64,000 nt of DNA from an uncultured bacterium (GTDB lineage: Bacteria; Patescibacteriota; Minisyncoccia; Phycocordibacterales; GWA1-40-21), in contig CAIKXE010000002.1 of assembly GCA_903831305.1 (NCBI GenBank), positions 15,934-79,933 of the forward strand, given 5' to 3'. The notes under the pieces are model-generated. The model was not told where the DNA came from. It saw nothing but the letters and a program-made list of their open reading frames with translations, and did no database searches. Shown here piece by piece: positions 61,654 through 64,000 of this stretch; within the stretch, counting starts at the first letter, position 1; every line of letters begins with the position of its first letter. The translations under genes were made by a program, and so were the position numbers.

Positions 61654-62229
61654 ATGAGCAACGAACTGATGCTCGATGTCGGTCAGGCGAATGAGCTGAA
61701 GATGGCTTTTCGTCGTGAGGGTTCGTGGACGAATGAGCAGATCAAGAGGTTCTGTGAACTCCGTGGTTTGCTCAGCCAGGTTCTGGAGGTGCTCGAAGGC
61801 CGCGCTGAGATCAAACCCATGGAGTATGTCGTGGATCTCGACGCCGCTCCGTTCATCCCGAATGGTTGGACGGTGGAGTCCCACAAGCAGGGTGGACAGT
61901 GGAAGTATGATGCCACGAAGGTGTCGCTCTACCTGTCCGAAGGCCAGAAGGGCGGCAAACGTCTGGTCGGCACCAAGCTCCGCGAGGAACTGGAAAGCCT
62001 GCCAGTCATGAACGCCAACTTGTTGGAGTTCTACCTGGCTCACCCCCACCTCATTCCCGAAGAATGGAAAGGTGAGTATATCTTCTTCTGGGGAACGGTC
62101 TACCGTGACGCCGATGGCGACCTCTACGTTTGGTGCCTCTTCTGGAACGGCGAGAGGTGGTACTGGGGCTGCCGCTGGCTTGAGGACGACTGGGCCGGCT
62201 ACGACCTGGCGGTTCTGCTCGGCGAGTAG
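61654..62229 (+). CDS. GC-rich hypothetical protein, candidate DGR variable protein
   Basis: GGAG upstream of ATG; Trp-spaced C-terminus with NNC codons. Confidence 0.7.
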   Translation: MSNELMLDVGQANELKMAFRREGSWTNEQIKRFCELRGLLSQVLEVLEGRAEIKPMEYVVDLDAAPFIPNGWTVESHKQGGQWKYDATKVSLYLSEGQKGGKRLVGTKLREELESLPVMNANLLEFYLAHPHLIPEEWKGEYIFFWGTVYRDADGDLYVWCLFWNGERWYWGCRWLEDDWAGYDLAVLLGE

Positions 62230-62286
62230 CCAAGGCACCAGCCCAACAGGTAAAAAGATAGATACCTGGAAATTCTATCGCTCACA

Positions 62287-62321
62287 ACACCCCTCGCGGC
62301 TTCGGCCACGCGGGGTGTTTT
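62287..62321 (+). terminator. Intrinsic terminator
   Basis: acacccc..ggc-ttcg-gcc..ggggtgt then T-run. Confidence 0.7.
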
Positions 62322-62375
62322 ACGTTTAGTATTTTCTTGCTTTTTTTGGCTATATTTGGTAAGCTACTGTGACAT

Positions 62376-63083
62376 ATGGAAGAAACAAAAAAGATAAATA
62401 ACGAGCGAATTGATCAGATGTTCTCCGTCGGGGCCCATTTTGGCTACTCCAAAACCCGCCGTCACGCTAGCGTCGCCCCTTATATTTTCGGGGTAAAGAA
62501 CAAGGTAGAGATCATTGACCTAGAAAAGACTGATGATTTACTGGAAAAAGCCTTAGCTTTTGTTTCTACCCTTGCTCGAGAGAACAAGCAAATCCTCTTT
62601 GTGGGTGGTAAGAATGAAGCCCGCGCGGCTTTGAAAATCGCTGCTGAGTCCATCGGTATGCCATTTGTGGATGGTCGCTGGATCGGAGGAACTCTCACCA
62701 ACTTCCCAGAAATCAAGAAGAGACTAAACAAGCTGGAAGATTTAACTAAACAAAAAGAACGCGGTGAGCTTTCAAAATACACCAAGAAAGAGAGACTGAT
62801 GATTGACCGCGAGATTGCTAACTTGGACCGCTTTTTCTCTGGTATCTTGCCAATGAAAGATTTGCCTAAGGCCATGGTGGTAGTAGATTCTAAAAAAGAG
62901 ATTATCGCCGTCACTGAAGCCTTGAAGATGAAAATCCCTGTTGTGGCTCTCTGTGGTACGGATACCAATATTTCTGATATCAATTATCCTATCGTCGCTA
63001 ATGACGCCTCCGTTTCTAGCATCACTTTTTTTGTGAATGAAATCGCCAAGGCTTATCAAAAAGCCAAGGTGCTCAAGGCCTAG
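62376..63083 (+). CDS. rpsB: 30S ribosomal protein S2
   Basis: GAHFG, RWIGGTLTN, AND. Confidence 0.97.
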   Translation: MEETKKINNERIDQMFSVGAHFGYSKTRRHASVAPYIFGVKNKVEIIDLEKTDDLLEKALAFVSTLARENKQILFVGGKNEARAALKIAAESIGMPFVDGRWIGGTLTNFPEIKKRLNKLEDLTKQKERGELSKYTKKERLMIDREIANLDRFFSGILPMKDLPKAMVVVDSKKEIIAVTEALKMKIPVVALCGTDTNISDINYPIVANDASVSSITFFVNEIAKAYQKAKVLKA

Positions 63084-63176
63084 TTTTCTCTAAAGCTTGG
63101 GTCTCTCAGTTATTAGTGGCTTTTTATGGTAGAAACTAGTATAATTATAGTTACTTAAAAGTTAATTAAAATTTAT

Positions 63177-63779
63177 ATGGCAACAATCACTACAGAGCAA
63201 ATCAAGGAGTTAAGAGATATGACTGGTCTCTCTATTATGCAATGTAAGAAGGCCCTGGAAGAAGCAGAAGGTGATATCTCCAAGGCAAATATTTTGTTAC
63301 AGAAAAAGGGCGCCGGTATTGCTGCCAAGAAGGCTGACCGTAACTTGGGTGCCGGCCGGGTAGCCTCTTATGTCCATTCTAACGGTAATATTGCATCCTT
63401 GGTAGAATTACTCTGTGAGACGGACTTTGTGGCCAAGAATGATGAATTTGGGGCTTTAGCCTATAATATTGCCATGCAGGTAGCCGCCACTAATCCACTT
63501 TATTTAAAGATGTCTGATATCCCTGAAGCCACCAGAAAGGAAGCCGAGGAGGTGTTTGTGAAGGAGGTGGAGGGCAAACCAGCGGAGATGAAAGCCAAGA
63601 TCTTGGAGGGTAAGCTTAATTCTTATTTTAAAGATAAAGTGCTTTTGGAGCAAGAATATATCAAGAATCCTGAAGTGACCGTGAATGGATTGATCGAAGC
63701 CTTCATTCAGAAATTTGGCGAGCGTACGGAGATCGGCCGGTTTAGCCGGATTGGTGTCGGGCAAAAATCATTATGCTAA
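63177..63779 (+). CDS. tsf: Elongation factor Ts (short form)
   Basis: IKELRDMTG..CKKAL, ELLCETDFVA. Confidence 0.97.
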   Translation: MATITTEQIKELRDMTGLSIMQCKKALEEAEGDISKANILLQKKGAGIAAKKADRNLGAGRVASYVHSNGNIASLVELLCETDFVAKNDEFGALAYNIAMQVAATNPLYLKMSDIPEATRKEAEEVFVKEVEGKPAEMKAKILEGKLNSYFKDKVLLEQEYIKNPEVTVNGLIEAFIQKFGERTEIGRFSRIGVGQKSLC

Positions 63780-64000
63780 CTTTTGTTGTATTTATAATTT
63801 CTCTTGTTTTGATTGCTTTTTTGTTCATGCAAAAGAGCTTTGAGATATCTTATGGTAAGAAAGTACTTTTGGAGGAGACTTTTCTCAAATGCGATATTGG
63901 GATTCACAATATCTTACTTAAAATCAAGTATTGGTGGAGTCATGTAAATTTCAAGAATACTAGGCTGGTTTTTATGTGGGTTATGGTTAATGTAAGGAGA
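63773..64000 (+). CDS. Hypothetical membrane protein (runs off window)
   Basis: MLTFVVFIISLVLIAFLF.. open to the end. Confidence 0.6.
   Translation, partial: MLTFVVFIISLVLIAFLFMQKSFEISYGKKVLLEETFLKCDIGIHNILLKIKYWWSHVNFKNTRLVFMWVMVNVRR

Noticed and set aside
61567-62329. Long overlapping ORFs including 223 aa on minus
   Set aside because: Expected stop-poor shadow frames of a GC-rich gene; the promoter and SD support only the + ORF.

Overview
64 kb of a bacterial chromosome (code 11, almost all genes on +). Gene content and style point to Patescibacteria/CPR, probably Parcubacteria (inference). Housekeeping genes are recG, ligA, gatCA, prfB, ftsEX, rplY, eno, gpmI, obgE, rpmE, prfA, rpsB and tsf, plus seven tRNA genes. 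Three type IV pilus clusters (3.9-15.9, 22.6-28.7 and 38.9-50.8 kb) are interleaved with them; no secretin gene is visible. Main signals: (1) an orphan MazF/PemK gene faced by a convergent promoter and a small RNA with UUCG and GCAA tetraloops, a candidate RNA antitoxin; (2) a pilin-pilin-pilD block bracketed by two ~130 bp direct repeats whose palindromic arms are swapped, an attL/attR-like pattern; (3) a shared element after two different tRNAs, built from inverted and direct copies of each tRNA's own 3' end; (4) tRNA-Asp(GTC) split by a 231-nt group I intron in the anticodon; (5) homologous minor-pilin bodies carrying different large lectin/FN3 cargo; (6) a probable remote DGR target gene; (7) short in-frame palindromic insertions in conserved proteins; (8) widespread leaderless gene architecture. 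All calls were made by eye; no searches or folding programs were run.
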